Under the pieces are notes generated by a model, which saw only the letters and a list, made by a program, of their open reading frames with translations, was not told where the DNA came from and made no database searches. The position numbers and the translations under genes were made by a program. A stretch of 64,000 bases of DNA from Octopus vulgaris. Its lineage: Eukaryota. How positions within the stretch are numbered: the first letter of the stretch is position 1; the number at the start of each line of letters is the position of its first letter. This document shows positions 49,606-63,628 of the stretch, piece by piece. The DNA lies in the NCBI GenBank assembly GCA_951406725.2, contig OX597831.1, positions 13,578,001 through 13,642,000 of the forward strand, written 5' to 3'.

Positions 49606-51769
49606 CAGGAATTTTTTGAAAGGAAAACAAATCATCAAAATTGTTTCACATCTGAAAGAATTTATCGAAGCGACATTATGAATAATGAATTTTTGTCTTT
49701 TAAGAAAACTAAATTTGGTAGGTGGTTTTAATGCGATCATTAACCTTGGTATATGTCTTTTTAATTTCTATAATTTCTTACTTCAAAGTGATTTAATTAG
49801 ATATCAGCCTGCTCTAACATACCACTGTTTCATTAGTCTGCTGTAAGTCTTACAGTGTATGCAATCTGGCAGAGTTATTCTCTTTCATGTAATAGTTTGT
49901 TAATAACGTATAATCTTTTTTACATAGATGTAATAACTGTTCCATGCAATAAAATGATCTTTCATTTTTCATTTTTCAGTTTACAGTTTACAGTTTATTA
50001 TAAACTAATCTGTAAACGTGCTGACACAGTAAATCTGAAGATTAAAACCCGTTCAACAAATACACAAAGCTTTAAGAAGTTCATTTAATTCCGTTTGTAT
50101 CTTTAAAGTCTTAGAACTGTCTAACTTGCGTCATCACCGTCGAAAGACTTCAATTTGTATCACCATTGTCCACCATTTTGAATTGACGTCATTTAGGTCG
50201 ACTGCATGCGTGTGCGCGTTTGCATGTGCGAGTGTATGTGAGTGTGCGCGTGTATGTGTGTGTTTGTGAGCGCGCGTCTATGTGTGGGTGTGTTTAGCTA
50301 CATTTTCTATAAGAAACAGAATATACTTTTTACTTGATTCTATACAAAATTTTAAAAAAAAATGTATTTTTTTACAGTAACCGAGGATTTTCAGTTAAAA
50401 TGTGTGAAAATCACTGGAGTTTAATGCGATTAAAAAGCAAAAAGATATAAAAGAAAGGATACAAAATGTAAAGCGAATATTTTAATCGCGTAATTTGTGG
50501 GAAATCGAAAGAAAGTTGCACTGGCTAAGAGCCTATAACTAAAGCCTCATCACTTGCTTCCTGTTGGTAATGAACGGATATTGGCAGGATATAGTCGTTT
50601 CATATCACTTAATTAAACCAATGGCTATCACTCTCTTACGCATCAATAACCACTGACAGTTAGTTCAGTAAATCTATCCGGTAGACAGAGATACGATGGA
50701 ATGCCTGTATTAGTTAAGAGGCAAACAGGCCAGTTCTCAGCGGAGCCTGCAACTCAAATAACACTTAACGGACGTTTGTTCAATAATGGACAAAAGCAAT
50801 ATTAGAGTACTTGATAAATCCACTGTTGTGTTTATCTATTTAATATAATTATTCAGAGATGTTTTCATTGAAGGTGGCTTTTTTTTTTATTTTTCCTTTT
50901 TTCTTGTTCTACTTCCATTAATAAATATTCTGACAAACGTTAATTACAGTCATTATCAGACAGAAATAACCCGAAACAAACTAACCGATTTAATTAAATG
51001 ATAATTAACTATTAGCTTTGCTTCGAACTGTAATATTACTGCAAAAGACAGAACGGCAGATGTTTGGGGTTTTTTTCACTTTCTTTATTTTGATTTATTA
51101 CTTTAGTTCTATTGATATGATTAAGCCCAGAGAAATTTGATGCGATATATATGAGATACACTAAAAATAATGCGAGACTTTACTTCGACAAGAGTCAATA
51201 AAAGGAATTCTATGCAGCTGAGCTGATAAATCTGTTTATGTGACGATCATTTAATAGGCTGTTATATTGTTTGTTGTTGCTGTTTGGTCCTTAGCTAGTC
51301 CTGGTTAAGCAGACCTATGATCAAGGTCGTTCCAGCCAGGGTCAAACACGATATAGCAGAATAAAAGACATCTAGTATTTTATTCGATATATACCCTGTT
51401 CTGAAATCGAAAGCACAAAATTATAATCCTGAGCCCAACACCCTGACCACTAAACCAAGCGACTCTGCACCGACTGGTACTCGAATAGAACCCACGCTCC
51501 GAACACACTAAACACTAGATCACGGCGACGAAACTTCTTAGGCCTATGGTGATCGCTAGGACTCATAAAGCCGAAGCCTGATCTAGTTTTCATGGCTGAC
51601 TGAAATTACAAGAAGCCTCTTTGAACATAGGCTCAGGACCAGGGTGTTCTGGAGTGTAGAATGAACCTAGAATTGCAGCCCCTAAACACATTTCGCCCTC
51701 ACATTGATGCCTTTGAGTGGGAACACATTCTGTCGCATGGTTAAGTTTCCAACTTTTGCAGAAACTCAT

Positions 51770-51910
51770 TTGTTCATTTGAATGGGCGGAAACAACATGA
51801 AATGAGGTGTTTCATTGGAGAACATAATGCATTGCCTATTCTGGGATTCGAATCCACAATCTTACCATCGTGAGTGGATCACCGTAACCACTAGTCTACG
51901 CGGCTTCACA
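51770..51910 (-). mobile_element. Degenerate tRNA-derived SINE head (family C/D-like)
   Basis: Minus strand gactagtggttacggtg..ggattcgaatcccag (A and B boxes). Confidence 0.55.
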
Positions 51911-52527
51911 TTATTCGCAAAACGACTATTTGTTCATTTGAAACGTTTATGCGGACACAATAGTGCAGAGATAAACCTCTTGAACATAAATACCTATTTT
52001 CTCTAGCGGGGGGATTCACACATATGTTACGACATTAAGAGTCCGTTTTAAAACTATTTTATCCGGTTAAACTAGGCTTTTACAATTAACAATCGCAGAG
52101 ATAAAAATTAAATGGCAGAGCCACGCGCTATTTTTATCGGGTATAAAGTAGTTAATTAAGCATTAGGCGTTTAATGAACGTCAGATGAATATCTCCAAGA
52201 TGGGCTGCCGATCAACAACAGGTAACATTATCGGAAGACGTGATGTATATCACTTTGAAGTAAAGCGGAGAAGTCGTGGATGGAATTCAGTTAATAGTTT
52301 TCAATACGAAAGAAAAAAAGCTTGAAGCTGATTCGAAATCGAGATAAATAAAAAAACAAAAACAAAAGAATCAAAACTGACAGATCGATATGCTATCTGT
52401 TCGAGCATCTCTCTACTTCTCAGCATGTCACTTTTATCAATCAGTTGTAACTATTAGACAGAACGATGTATTGACGTATTTATCAATCTGCAAGTTAAAT
52501 TTACCGCATATGCATTTATGCTCTTGT

Positions 52528-52663
52528 TGATGATGATGATGAATGATGGTAATGATGATGATAGTGGTGGTGGTGGTGGTGGTGGTGGTGGTGGTGGTGA
52601 TGTGGTGGTGGCCGTAATGGTTGCGGTGGCGGAGATCGTAATGATAACGATGGTGGTGATGAA

Positions 52664-52714
<51 letters not shown>

Positions 52715-52829
52715 GATGACGATGACGACGACGACGACGACGATGATGATGATAATGTCGGTAGTGGTGGGGTTGTTGCTTTTGTGGGGACAGTGCTGGA
52801 GATGACTGGTAATGACGCAGAAGAAGAAG

Positions 52830-52861
<32 letters not shown>

Positions 52862-53027
52862 GAAGAAGAAGAAGAAGAAGAAGAAGAAGAAGAAGAGAAG
52901 GAAGAAAAAGAAGATGTAGTAGAAGAAGAAGAAGAAGAAGAAGAAGAAGAAGAAAGAAAGAAAAGAAGAAGAAGAAGAAGAAGAAGAAGATGATGATGAA
53001 GAAGAAGAAGAAGGTGAAGAAGAAGAA

Positions 53028-53060
<33 letters not shown>

Positions 53061-53087
53061 AAAGAAGAAGAAGAAGAAGAAGGAGGA
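52528..53087. repeat. Compound trinucleotide tract (GAT/GGT/GAC, then GAA)
   Basis: Direct inspection; source of the poly-H/S/E/F ORFs. Confidence 0.95.
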
Positions 53088-53606
53088 AACCCTCAAACAA
53101 CCAGCAATCACCGGTCATTCCTTTTCTCGTTCACGTCTTCCCCGCCGTTCCCAAAGGAGAGTGTAGGAGTGTCCAACTTGTCAGTCAGCTTGCAAGACAT
53201 TCCAGCTGAGAAGCATTTGAAACGAAATGCTCAGGGCCATGCTTGATAATGTCGTCCAACAAAAGCAATATCCGAGAAAAGAAAGGAAATGTCATGCTTA
53301 ACTTTACATTCGTGATCAGAGATGGCCCCTGGCCAAATTTAATAAAAGGACATTATTTGCACCAATTCTCTTTTTACCCAAAGACACAAACTGAAGATTC
53401 GTGATCTCAGTTTTGTTGCCCTACACTCTTCTTCATATTTATTCAACAGACATAAAGTATTTCTGATATGTTTTTTAATGGCTTCTTCATTGGTTTTAGC
53501 GAAAAGCTTTTAGAAATCTATACAATTCACTTGAAGATATTTTATTTTTAAGACAAATTTTGTGTTTTAAGTTTACTTATAAGCATGTAATTACTTATTT
53601 GTGTGC

Positions 53607-53641
<35 letters not shown>

Positions 53642-53649
<8 letters not shown>

Positions 53650-54096
53650 TTAGTGAATTGAAGAAATGGAGTTGAACGAAGATTGAACAGAAATCGTTTT
53701 ATTGCATTCTACACGTGTTTCGAAAGGCACGATTTACCAAATTCCGATTGAATAAGGAGACCATATTGTGTGTTTCTCTTTTTGTTTTTTCCAACGGATT
53801 TCCTATTTCTTCCTGAAGAGAAACACACAATATGGTCTCCTTATTCAATCGGAATTTGGTAAATTGTGCCTTTCGAAACACGTGTAGAATGCAATAAAAC
53901 GATTTCTGTTCAATCTTCGTTCAACTCCATTTTTTCAATTCACTAATAATATTAAAATTCAATTATCCGCACCAACGCACGGTTGCAACACCATATGGTT
54001 GTACCTCCAACCGTGCTGTCTTCTGCTGTGATTTTTGCTACCAAGGTATCGGTTAAACTTTGATTAATCTGCAACAAGATTATTCATCTTTCTATT

Positions 54097-54101
<5 letters not shown>
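53642..54101 (+). mobile_element. Asymmetric foldback (Penelope-pLTR-like) inside (TA)n
   Basis: 139-bp arms 53642-53780 and 53816-53954 (very few mismatches), plus a tail of about 145 bp sharing tgctacc..ggtatcggtt with the 35746 element. Confidence 0.85.
53810..53889 (+). ncRNA. Type I hammerhead ribozyme with a long loop II and palindromic stem III
   Basis: ttc-CTGAAGA(53813)-gaaa..tttc-GAAA(53875)-cacgtg-TA^gaa. Stem I is only about 3 bp. Confidence 0.65.
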
Positions 54102-54139
<38 letters not shown>

Positions 54140-54361
54140 CCATATCTGTGTATGAGTGTGTGTGTACTTGTGGGTGTGGTGTGAATGTATATGCGTGTGT
54201 GCAGATGCGTGTGAAGAAATTTTGTGCGTTGAAACCCATCGTGTAATCTATATACATTTTTCAAATCATCAGAATTCCAAGTTATTTATTGCACATGCAT
54301 ACACACACACACAAGCTCATACACACATGTGCAAATGCGCGTACAAACACGCACATGTATA

Positions 54362-54417
<56 letters not shown>

Positions 54418-54822
54418 TAGATAGATAGATAGATGAATTGAGGTACGAGTGTATACGTGTGTGTGACACAATTTTCTGGGATACACTGAATGTTCATTAA
54501 CCAAATACAGAAGTAAGCGAAGGACAATTCAAATCAACAGATATTCAACATACTTAATACTTTAGGAACATAGAGAGAAAAACATTTACAGCTCTATTGA
54601 GAAATATTTGGTAATTTAAAAACCGCAACACATCAAATTAAGAGGAAAATTTTGAGAGAAAAAGCAAACTTGCCCTGTATCAATTAAATCTGAAATGTAT
54701 ACATTATGCAGGCCGGAGACGGTTGTTATATACTATTCCACGAAAGCATCATGTACTTGAAGAACTGCCAGCAATATATTTGAACGGGCTAACATTTCAT
54801 ATAATATTTGTTGCAGTTCAAG

Positions 54823-55035
54823 GCGGCCAGCTGGCAAAAACGTTAGGACGCCGGGCGAAATGCTTAGCGCTATTTTCGTCTGCCGTTACGTTCTGAGTTC
54901 AAATTCCGCCGAGGTCGACTTTGTCTTTCATTCTTTCGGGATCGATAAATCAAGTATCCCTTGCATACTGAGGTCGATCTCATCAACCGGCCTCCTTTCC
55001 CCAAAATTTCGGGCCTTGTGCCTAGAGTAGAAAAG
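54823..55035 (+). mobile_element. Full-length family-A tRNA-derived SINE with a TSD of about 20 bp
   Basis: Head gcggccagctggca..gagttcaaattcc, central gactttgtctttcattctttcgggatcgataaa. aatatttgttgcagttcaag (54803-54822) vs aatatttgctgaagttcaag (55036-55055). Confidence 0.9.
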
Positions 55036-55236
55036 AATATTTGCTGAAGTTCAAGCATCCTAACAAATTCACTTGAATAATTACTTATCTTATATCTTCA
55101 TTAGCTCTTAATTATCTTTAACCGAGTAAAAAGCAATTTTAAGTTCGTATATATTTAATTATTAACAATATATATATTTTTAGCTTGGTATAGCCTCGAC
55201 AAATCTTTGGTCGAAACATATCTACGTTGTCTAATA

Positions 55237-55782
55237 TACGAGGGTGAGTCAAAAAGTAATGCCATTTTGTTTAGGACAAGTAAAGCAACCAACACAGGAA
55301 CATGTATCATACATCAAAATGAAGCTGGTCCTCTGTGGATCGCCTCCCTACTCCTCAACATAGTCACCGTTTCTCTCAATAGCAATGTTCCACCTTCGAA
55401 TAAGCGCATGTATCCCTGCCCTGTAAAGTTCTTCACTGCAGTTTTCACTTCCTCGTTACTGGGCTATCATCGCCACTGGACAATCATCTCTTCGGCCCCA
55501 TGAAAGAGGGTTTGAGAGGCAAACATTATTCTAGTGACGAGGAAGTAAAGAGCTGTAGTGAAAAAGTGGCTCAAAGAACAGTCAACAGAATTTAACGTGG
55601 CAGGGATACACGTTCTCATTTGAAGGTGGAGCATTGCTATTGAGAGAAACGGTAATTATGCTGAGAAGTAAGGATGTGTTTCACAGCGGACCAGCTTCAT
55701 TTTGATGTATGATACATGATCCTGTGTTGGTAATTATACCTGTCCTAAACAAAGTGGCATTACTTTTTGACTCACCCTCGTA
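55237..55782. mobile_element. Mariner-derived foldback MITE made of two inverted 3' ends
   Basis: Termini TACGAGGGTGAGTCAAAAAGTAATGCCA and its exact reverse complement. The + strand encodes HLFGPMKEGLRGKHYSSDEEVK..WLKEQ..GIH..RW..IERNGNY.EK*; the same segment is inverted at the left. Confidence 0.92.
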
Positions 55783-55793
55783 AATATAAATAA

Positions 55794-55834
<41 letters not shown>

Positions 55835-55859
55835 TATATATATATATATATACATAAAA

Positions 55860-56166
55860 AGATAAATATTTCAATTAACCTGAAGATTGACTCGAATTAT
55901 TACGAATTGTACAGCCATGAAACGATCGTAGTGTTTTACTCTTTATCTTTTATTAAACTTTTAATACTTTTGATATATATTTAAAATAATATAAATTAAT
56001 TAATTTTATGTATTGGCTTATATTTTTCATTGTTTGATTTGCCTAAGAGTGGTTTTATCTCTAATTTAATATAATATAATATAATATATTTTACTATAAA
56101 ATTGGATTTAATCCTAAATCTGATTTTTCCCTCTAAGTTTGGATTTATTCCCTAATATTTTATTAT
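55860..56166 (+). mobile_element. Shorter relative of the satellite-flanking pLTR-like element, with an intact hammerhead core
   Basis: aacCTGAAGA(55880)ttgact..agccatGAAA(55919)cgatcgTA^gtg. Shares tgtttgatttgcctaa..ggttttatctctaat and the tail with 34250-34387. Confidence 0.75.
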
Positions 56167-56760
56167 ATATATATATACATACAAATATATACATGTATGT
56201 ATGTGTGTATGTTTGTACGCATGCATGTGTGAATACAAACACGTATCTTTTCTATGTGGCTTTGCGCATTAATGTAGTATATCTGCCGAAATATTCATAC
56301 GGGGCGACAAATTGTTAGTATAGTATGTATGTGTATATGTAGACACATACATAGAATATATAAATATATATGTGTGTATTTATACCTATATACATACACA
56401 CACACACATGTAAGTAGATGTGCGTGTGTGCGTGTGTGTGCGAGTGTGTATGCGTGTGAGTGTGTAAACACTAGAAATTAAATAGTTTTGCTAGTGTAAC
56501 TTTATATATAATGGAGATGTTGTAGGAAGCAGTGCAATGTTTTTAAATATTAAAACAAGAAATAGTATTCCCACTTGATTTCAAAAACCATGTGATTTAA
56601 ATGTGTGATGTTTATATATTTATATAACAGCGTGTTCGTTCTAAGTATATATATGTGTGTGTGTGCATTCATATATACATATATTTATATATTCATATAT
56701 ACATATATATTTATATATATATATATATATGAATATATATGTATATATGTACATATATAC

Positions 56761-56809
<49 letters not shown>

Positions 56810-56968
56810 ATTCTATCTATTATCTATATATGTGTGTGTATGTGTGTATGTATGTATGTATATATGTTGTGTGTATGCGTATATGTACATATACCTATAC
56901 GAATACATATTTGTAGTCATTCATACACATACACACACAAACACAATAGATATACGTATACATCATCG

Positions 56969-57009
<41 letters not shown>

Positions 57010-57199
57010 AGACATGGAGACATGTTTCTTAATAATAAATTATTTAAATTAAGGTAGAGTGTGAACATTTTTCCTTACATAAAACAGCGAACCAAATAGA
57101 AAGCATTTCATTTCGCAGGAGAAACCTGCAGGGAACCGATGTGTTTAGGAATGAAAGTTTTTGATGTTTGACGTTGTTCTCATAAAACGCCCACAGAAC

Positions 57200-57267
<68 letters not shown>

Positions 57268-57375
57268 ACGGGCTTCTTTTAGTTTCGATCTACCATATTC
57301 ATTCACAAGGATTTGGTCGGCCCGAAGCTATAGTGGAAGATATTTGCCCAAGATGTGTGTGTGTGTTTATGTGTG

Positions 57376-58238
57376 TAGGAGATCTGATCAATAAGTATCC
57401 GTACTGTTGTCATGGTAACGACGCCAAAGTATGGAGATTGAAGCTGTTTGGCACAGATTGACCTTGAACTCTGCTGTGCATGCGCATTAAGTTTTAACGT
57501 TCTAGCTCACTTCCGCTGTTTACAGCAGTGCTTGGAAGGAAGGTGTGTATCGTGTGACCGAAGCATTGACCATGATACAGAAAATTGATTAGAAGATATG
57601 CATCAAATTTTGTGAAAAACATAGCGATACTTGCACAGAGGCCTACGCAAAGTTTTCAAAAGGTTTTCACGGTTCTCGTCACAACCAAGGAATTTTGTGC
57701 AACTGAATCTTTTTGGTCAGCTGAAAGTAGTTTTGGCAAAATATTGGCGTCTCATGCTCAACTTTTCAGTGTTAATGGGCTGAACTGAACTGCAACGAAT
57801 CTGCACACACTCGCGGATGGTAATTCAACGATTTCCCCTCAGATCTGGGTTGTTTTTCTCAGTCATGATGATTGAGGCTCTTCCAGAACATTCGTCAATA
57901 TCGACACTTTTTTCAGCCATCTTGGAAACATCAGAACCACTCGTACACTTGTGTGCGGCTCATACATTCCTCTCCATACATCTTCTGCAACTTTGCGTAG
58001 GCCTCTGAGCAGGTGTCATTATGACAACTTTCTCTGTCATGGTCAATGCGACGATCACACGCTACACACTCTCCTTCCAAGCATTGCTGTAAATAGCAGA
58101 AGGGAGCTAGGGCGTTAAAATTTGGTGCTCATGCACAAAAGAGTCTACGGTCAATCTTTGCCATGGCGACTTCACCCTGCGTGCCTTAGCTTCGTTAGTA
58201 TGGACAAAAGTCCAGATACTTACTGATTAGATTTCGTA
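57376..58238. mobile_element. Mariner-derived foldback made of two inverted 5' ends
   Basis: Degenerate TIRs taggagatctgatcaataagtatcc vs revcomp tacgaaatctaatcagtaagtatct. The + strand reads ICIKFCEKHSDTCTEAYAK; the - strand reads DTCSEAYAKLQKMYGEECMSRTQVYEWF..FQDG..SGR..R*ITIRE (mariner HTH region). Confidence 0.85.
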
Positions 58239-58248
58239 TATATGTATG

Positions 58249-58279
<31 letters not shown>

Positions 58280-58349
58280 GCAGAGAAGAGAGAGACAGAC
58301 ACAGATATGCACATACTCATATATACATACACATATATGTATATATATA

Positions 58350-58600
58350 TTACGGGGATGTACTTGCATAGCGAGTGCCTTGATCTGAGATCGTGTGCTG
58401 GAACGAAAACAATTGCAGCGTGGAAGGTCTTTATAAGCCATTTGTTTTCGTTCCAGCACACTATCTCAGATCAAGTCACTCGCAATGCAAGTACATCTCC
58501 GTAAATCCAAAAGCTTGAGCCAGGCTACCAAAACTTTGAGGAAAGCCGTTACTCGTTGCTTGAGAAAAGTAACAGCTAAGCAACAGCTTCATTTCATTAT
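58350..58600 (+). mobile_element. Small asymmetric foldback between microsatellites
   Basis: 63-bp arms 58350-58412 and 58442-58504 (about 4 mismatches), plus a tail of about 95 bp; no hammerhead core seen. Confidence 0.7.
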
Positions 58601-58614
58601 ACACACACACACAC

Positions 58615-58691
<77 letters not shown>

Positions 58692-58981
58692 AGCATATAT
58701 AGGTAGAAAACTTGATGGAGAGTATAGTGCTCGAATACCAAAGAACGAGGTCATGATTTCCGTCAAAGCTTAAAAGATTTCACAAACTATTACGCAAAAT
58801 TTCCCGCACTGAATCATTAGTCAGTCGTGAGCATTTTGAAATATTGCATTGTTGTAAGTAGTGAATATTCACGCCTATCTGACAATCGGGTATTTGGAAT
58901 TCTGGGTAATACTTTCTGAAGTTTTCTATTCATCTTCCATCTTCAATGAAAAAAAGATATACATGTCTGTGCGTGTGTATG

Positions 58982-59057
<76 letters not shown>

Positions 59058-59292
59058 TATATATGCAAATATATTATATATGTATGATTATATGTAGATA
59101 CACATATACATATAGTTATATATACACACATATATACATCTATGTATATACATATGTATAAAGAAGTACGTATGTAAATGTAATTCTTTATTCAAGCATA
59201 TGTGCTTCTCTGCCTAGCCGTTATTTAAAAGCCACATAAAATTAATGGCGTGTATAAAAGTGTGATACGCAAATCGCCAATATGTACATCCG

Positions 59293-59327
<35 letters not shown>

Positions 59328-59373
59328 AGGCGCACACACACACACACATATATACATACTTGAATACACACAC

Positions 59374-59411
<38 letters not shown>

Positions 59412-60022
59412 GCTCCGTAGGCGCTTGTTTTCTGCGTTTATCTTCATCTATATGAAAAGTTCACTGGCAAGGGGTGGTCTAAGGTCTATAACATGAAAGT
59501 ATCGATCAAACTTCAATCTTTCTAAATTATTGCTTTATTGAGGACATAAAATGTATAAGAAACAAATAATAGACATAAATTCGATAAAAAAGAAATTCCT
59601 CTTTTGTGTCTTTATTTCAGTCCATCGAAGTTAATCTGTGCCGCGGTTTTTTTATAGGAAACACTATTGAGAATATATGAGGTGGGGTTTATTGTTTCTT
59701 CATCTTGTCTTAACTTTGGCTTTGAAGTCTCTTATCGACAATTTCTTTAACAGCGTCTCATCTTATGACTTCTTGTACCGAATATGTGTGTGTGTGTGTA
59801 TTTCTGTGTGCGTGTGCGTGTGTCTGTATGTGTGTGTGTATGTGTGTGTACATATATACGTATGTACACACACATACACACACATATATATATACGTATG
59901 TATATATGTCTATACATATACATATGTATGTGCATGTGTATATGAGTGTTTGTATGTACGTACCTATGGACACGTGTTTATGTACGTACGTAGATAGGCA
60001 CATATGTAGGCCTATGTATATG

Positions 60023-60065
<43 letters not shown>

Positions 60066-60825
60066 ATATGTATGTGTGTGTGTATATGTATGTATGTACG
60101 TATATATGTATGTATGTGTGTATGTATATATATATATAGGTATGTATATATATATGTATATATTTATATATATATATGTGTATGTATGTACGTATATATA
60201 TATATATGTATGTATGTATGTACGTACGTGCGTGATTTTATATACCCACATCGTCATATATAGGACACAATTGCACTGACAGATATATGCAAACACGCAA
60301 GCACACACACTACACACGAACGCAAACATGCATGCATAGGCATAGGCGTAATGGTAGATTTAATGTTGTTACATCCTGAAATTTAAAGAGTGGTTCAAAA
60401 CCTGTGCAGGCGAATTTCATAGAATGATATTCTCGAAAGGTGTCTCTCAAGCTTTTTTACCTTTGGCAAAAACTAATCAGGTATATTCCGTGTCTCACAG
60501 AAGTTCTCACTTATTCCAATCATTGAAGCCTGACTACGTTGTGTCCTCGACCCTTTTACACATACTAACGCCCGGTGTTTATTTTATGCAACTCCTTCTC
60601 GAGCAGAAAAAATTGTGAGTCACGAACATAGAGACATACAAATATGCATACATAAACAGATATTCTTTTCTCTTCTACTCTAGGAACAAGGCCCGACATT
60701 TTGGGGAAGAGGACCAGTCGGTTAGATCGACCCCAGTACGCAATTGGTACTTAAATGTATAAACATATATTGATAGACAAACAAATAGATAAATAGATAA
60801 GCACATATGTATGTATCTATCTAAG

Positions 60826-60885
<60 letters not shown>

Positions 60886-60947
60886 GATCGATCTATCTGT
60901 CTGTCTGTTTATCTATCTAAATATTATCTATTTATATATACACTTAT

Positions 60948-61287
60948 ACCATCCACATGGTTCCGGGTTCAGTCCCACTGGGTGGCATCTTGGGCAAATA
61001 TCTTCTACTATAGCCTCGGGCCGACCAAAGCCTTGTGAGTGGATTTGTTAGACGGAAACTGAAAGAAGCCCGTCGTATACATGCATATGTATGTGTATGT
61101 GTGTATGTGTGTGTATGTGTTTGTCCCTCTAGCATTGCTTGACAACCGATGCTGGTGTATTTATGTTCCCGACACTTAGCTGTTGGCAAAAAGACCGATA
61201 GAATAAGTATTAGGCTTACAAAGAATAAGCCCCGGTGCTCCAGCATGGCCGCAGTCAAATGACTGCAAGAAGTAAAAGAGTAAAGAG
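60948..61287 (+). mobile_element. CORE-type SINE (family B)
   Basis: Highly similar to 5834-6310, with a deletion in the tail. Confidence 0.85.
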
Positions 61288-61529
61288 AATACCTATCTAA
61301 GTATCTATCTATCTATACATACACTTATATATATATATAAGTACACACAAACACACACCATACACACACTCTCTCACACACACACATATATAGACGTGCT
61401 AGTTTCTGGTTCGGTCCTACAGCATAACACTTTGGCTAACTGTTTTCTACTATTGTCATGGGCCGACAAATTGTCATGGAATTTGTTTGACGGAAACTAT
61501 GTGGAACCCTCCTATATATATGTATAAGA

Positions 61530-61635
<106 letters not shown>

Positions 61636-63445
61636 CCATTAAATATCGCCGAGAAAATAAAGGCCTGCTAAAGACTTTACATGATAATACTTGCGAAAAA
61701 TGACATGTTGATGTATCGAACTCGAAACATCGCGTTTGCGGTGCGTGCTTCTTAACCCTGTAGCATTATCTGTGCTTATTAATATTTTTCTTTCTCTTGG
61801 ATATAAACCACATATAATATATATTCTTGATAACGGCTTTAAGCAAAAATATAACAGAATTTATTGACAATGCAAAAAATAACAAGAATTAATCTGCTTG
61901 TTCAAGAGACCTCGTAAGAAGATAAAAAAATTCACATTAAAAACCAATATCCTACACTACACATATAAACAGAACGAAAGCAGCTAATAACTACTGCCAT
62001 AACTTAATCTTTTATTGACAATGTTGAAAAGGCATTAAATAAATAAAAGCCAAATTTTTTTATACGTGTCAAAGCGATGCTATTTTTGAAGCGAATTTTG
62101 ATAATGAAATTTGCTTCTTTTATGAGAAACTTGTGTTTGTCTTTTGGTATAGACATTCTAAATTTGGGGTCGAAGGTTTTAGATAAACATGTATGTGTAC
62201 CATATTCAACAGACAGGAGTAAATTAACGTCCTTCTTTTTTATACTTGTTATATATGAAAAAAAAATGAAGATTGCTCACGTATATAAAGTGATGAAAAC
62301 TGAAAAAGATAATTCTTTGAACTATCTCGTCGCGGACGAGGCTAGAGACCACTGTATCATAAGAGATTATACTGAATGAATAAAAAAAAGGGTCCTACAA
62401 ATTCAGATGGCGATTGGCAGAAACATTGTGAGACAGAATATCATAAACCTGAGGGAAACAAGACGGTGGGTGTGAGATTCAGAGAACAACAATTCGAGGA
62501 ACGAAACAGGAATCCTAACTGAAAAACGATGTGTCTAGGGAAAGAAGCGGCAGAGATGTTTAAATGTCTTGACAGAGGGTGTTAGAGTAGAAATTTCACC
62601 AGAACAATGCGATTTGAAGTACTTATAGGAAAGAAAACGAACATGCATTTCAACAATGAAACAAAAATCACAACGTATTCGAACGAAGAGGCCACAAAGT
62701 ATTAAAATCTCGATTCTGAATTCGAGAAAACAAGTTAACACATTCAGAAGAAGTACCAGCACAAAGATAAGAACAATATTCGATGCAAGAGTTTTACCTC
62801 CCAAAAATACTCTCAATTGATAAGAGACTTTTGCTGAAGAATGGAAAATAATGCTCGATTTTATTTACTAATTCTTCTAAATAGGTTTTAATAAGACTTG
62901 AAATTTACTGACAAACGTCTTCACTCTAAAGCCCCGGCTCTAAACATTTCAAAATTTCTTTTCGCAACAGGATTTTGTTTTTAAAGATCCAGGTCCCTTC
63001 TGGAATCAAGAATCACATCCCCTGGGACTTACAGTGACTTTCTTTAGCGAGTTCATTTCATGAAAAATTCCTGCTTCGCTGAAAAGCCTCTCCAACGATT
63101 TTTGATCGTCAAAACCCTTGACAAACGCCGGCTTCTTGATTATTTCCTGAAAAGTAATCATGCAGTTCATCTTTCGGCTCAACCGATTTATAATTCAATG
63201 ATTAACATCCTATTGTATATTGTTAACCCTGTATTATATTTCCTCTGATTTGTATTCTTCCAGATGTCGAAAAGTTCTTGAAGTATGATTGAATATATGT
63301 ACATGAAACTCATACAAAGCACCACACTGCCATCTGTTGACTTGTAACCACATAAGAGCGATCAACAAACACTGATAGTATTGCATCTGCACTTATGCTT
63401 CCTGTACTTCTGCAGCTCCTTTTCAACATCACATTAACGATACGA

Positions 63446-63613
<168 letters not shown>

Positions 63614-63628
63614 AGAAGAAGAAGAAGA

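Noticed and set aside
52105-52160. Motif atggc..ccacgc..tattttt with taattaa, also inverted near 17950; possible enhancer grammar
   Set aside because: Short and gapped; cannot be distinguished from chance without conservation data.
52437-53118. Poly-His/Ser/Glu ORFs resembling a low-complexity transcription-factor exon
   Set aside because: Pure trinucleotide runs with no domain and no convincing splice context.
58700-58950. Hammerhead-like relic on the minus strand (CTAATGA..GAAA..TA)
   Set aside because: The core is mutated and the stems do not pair convincingly.
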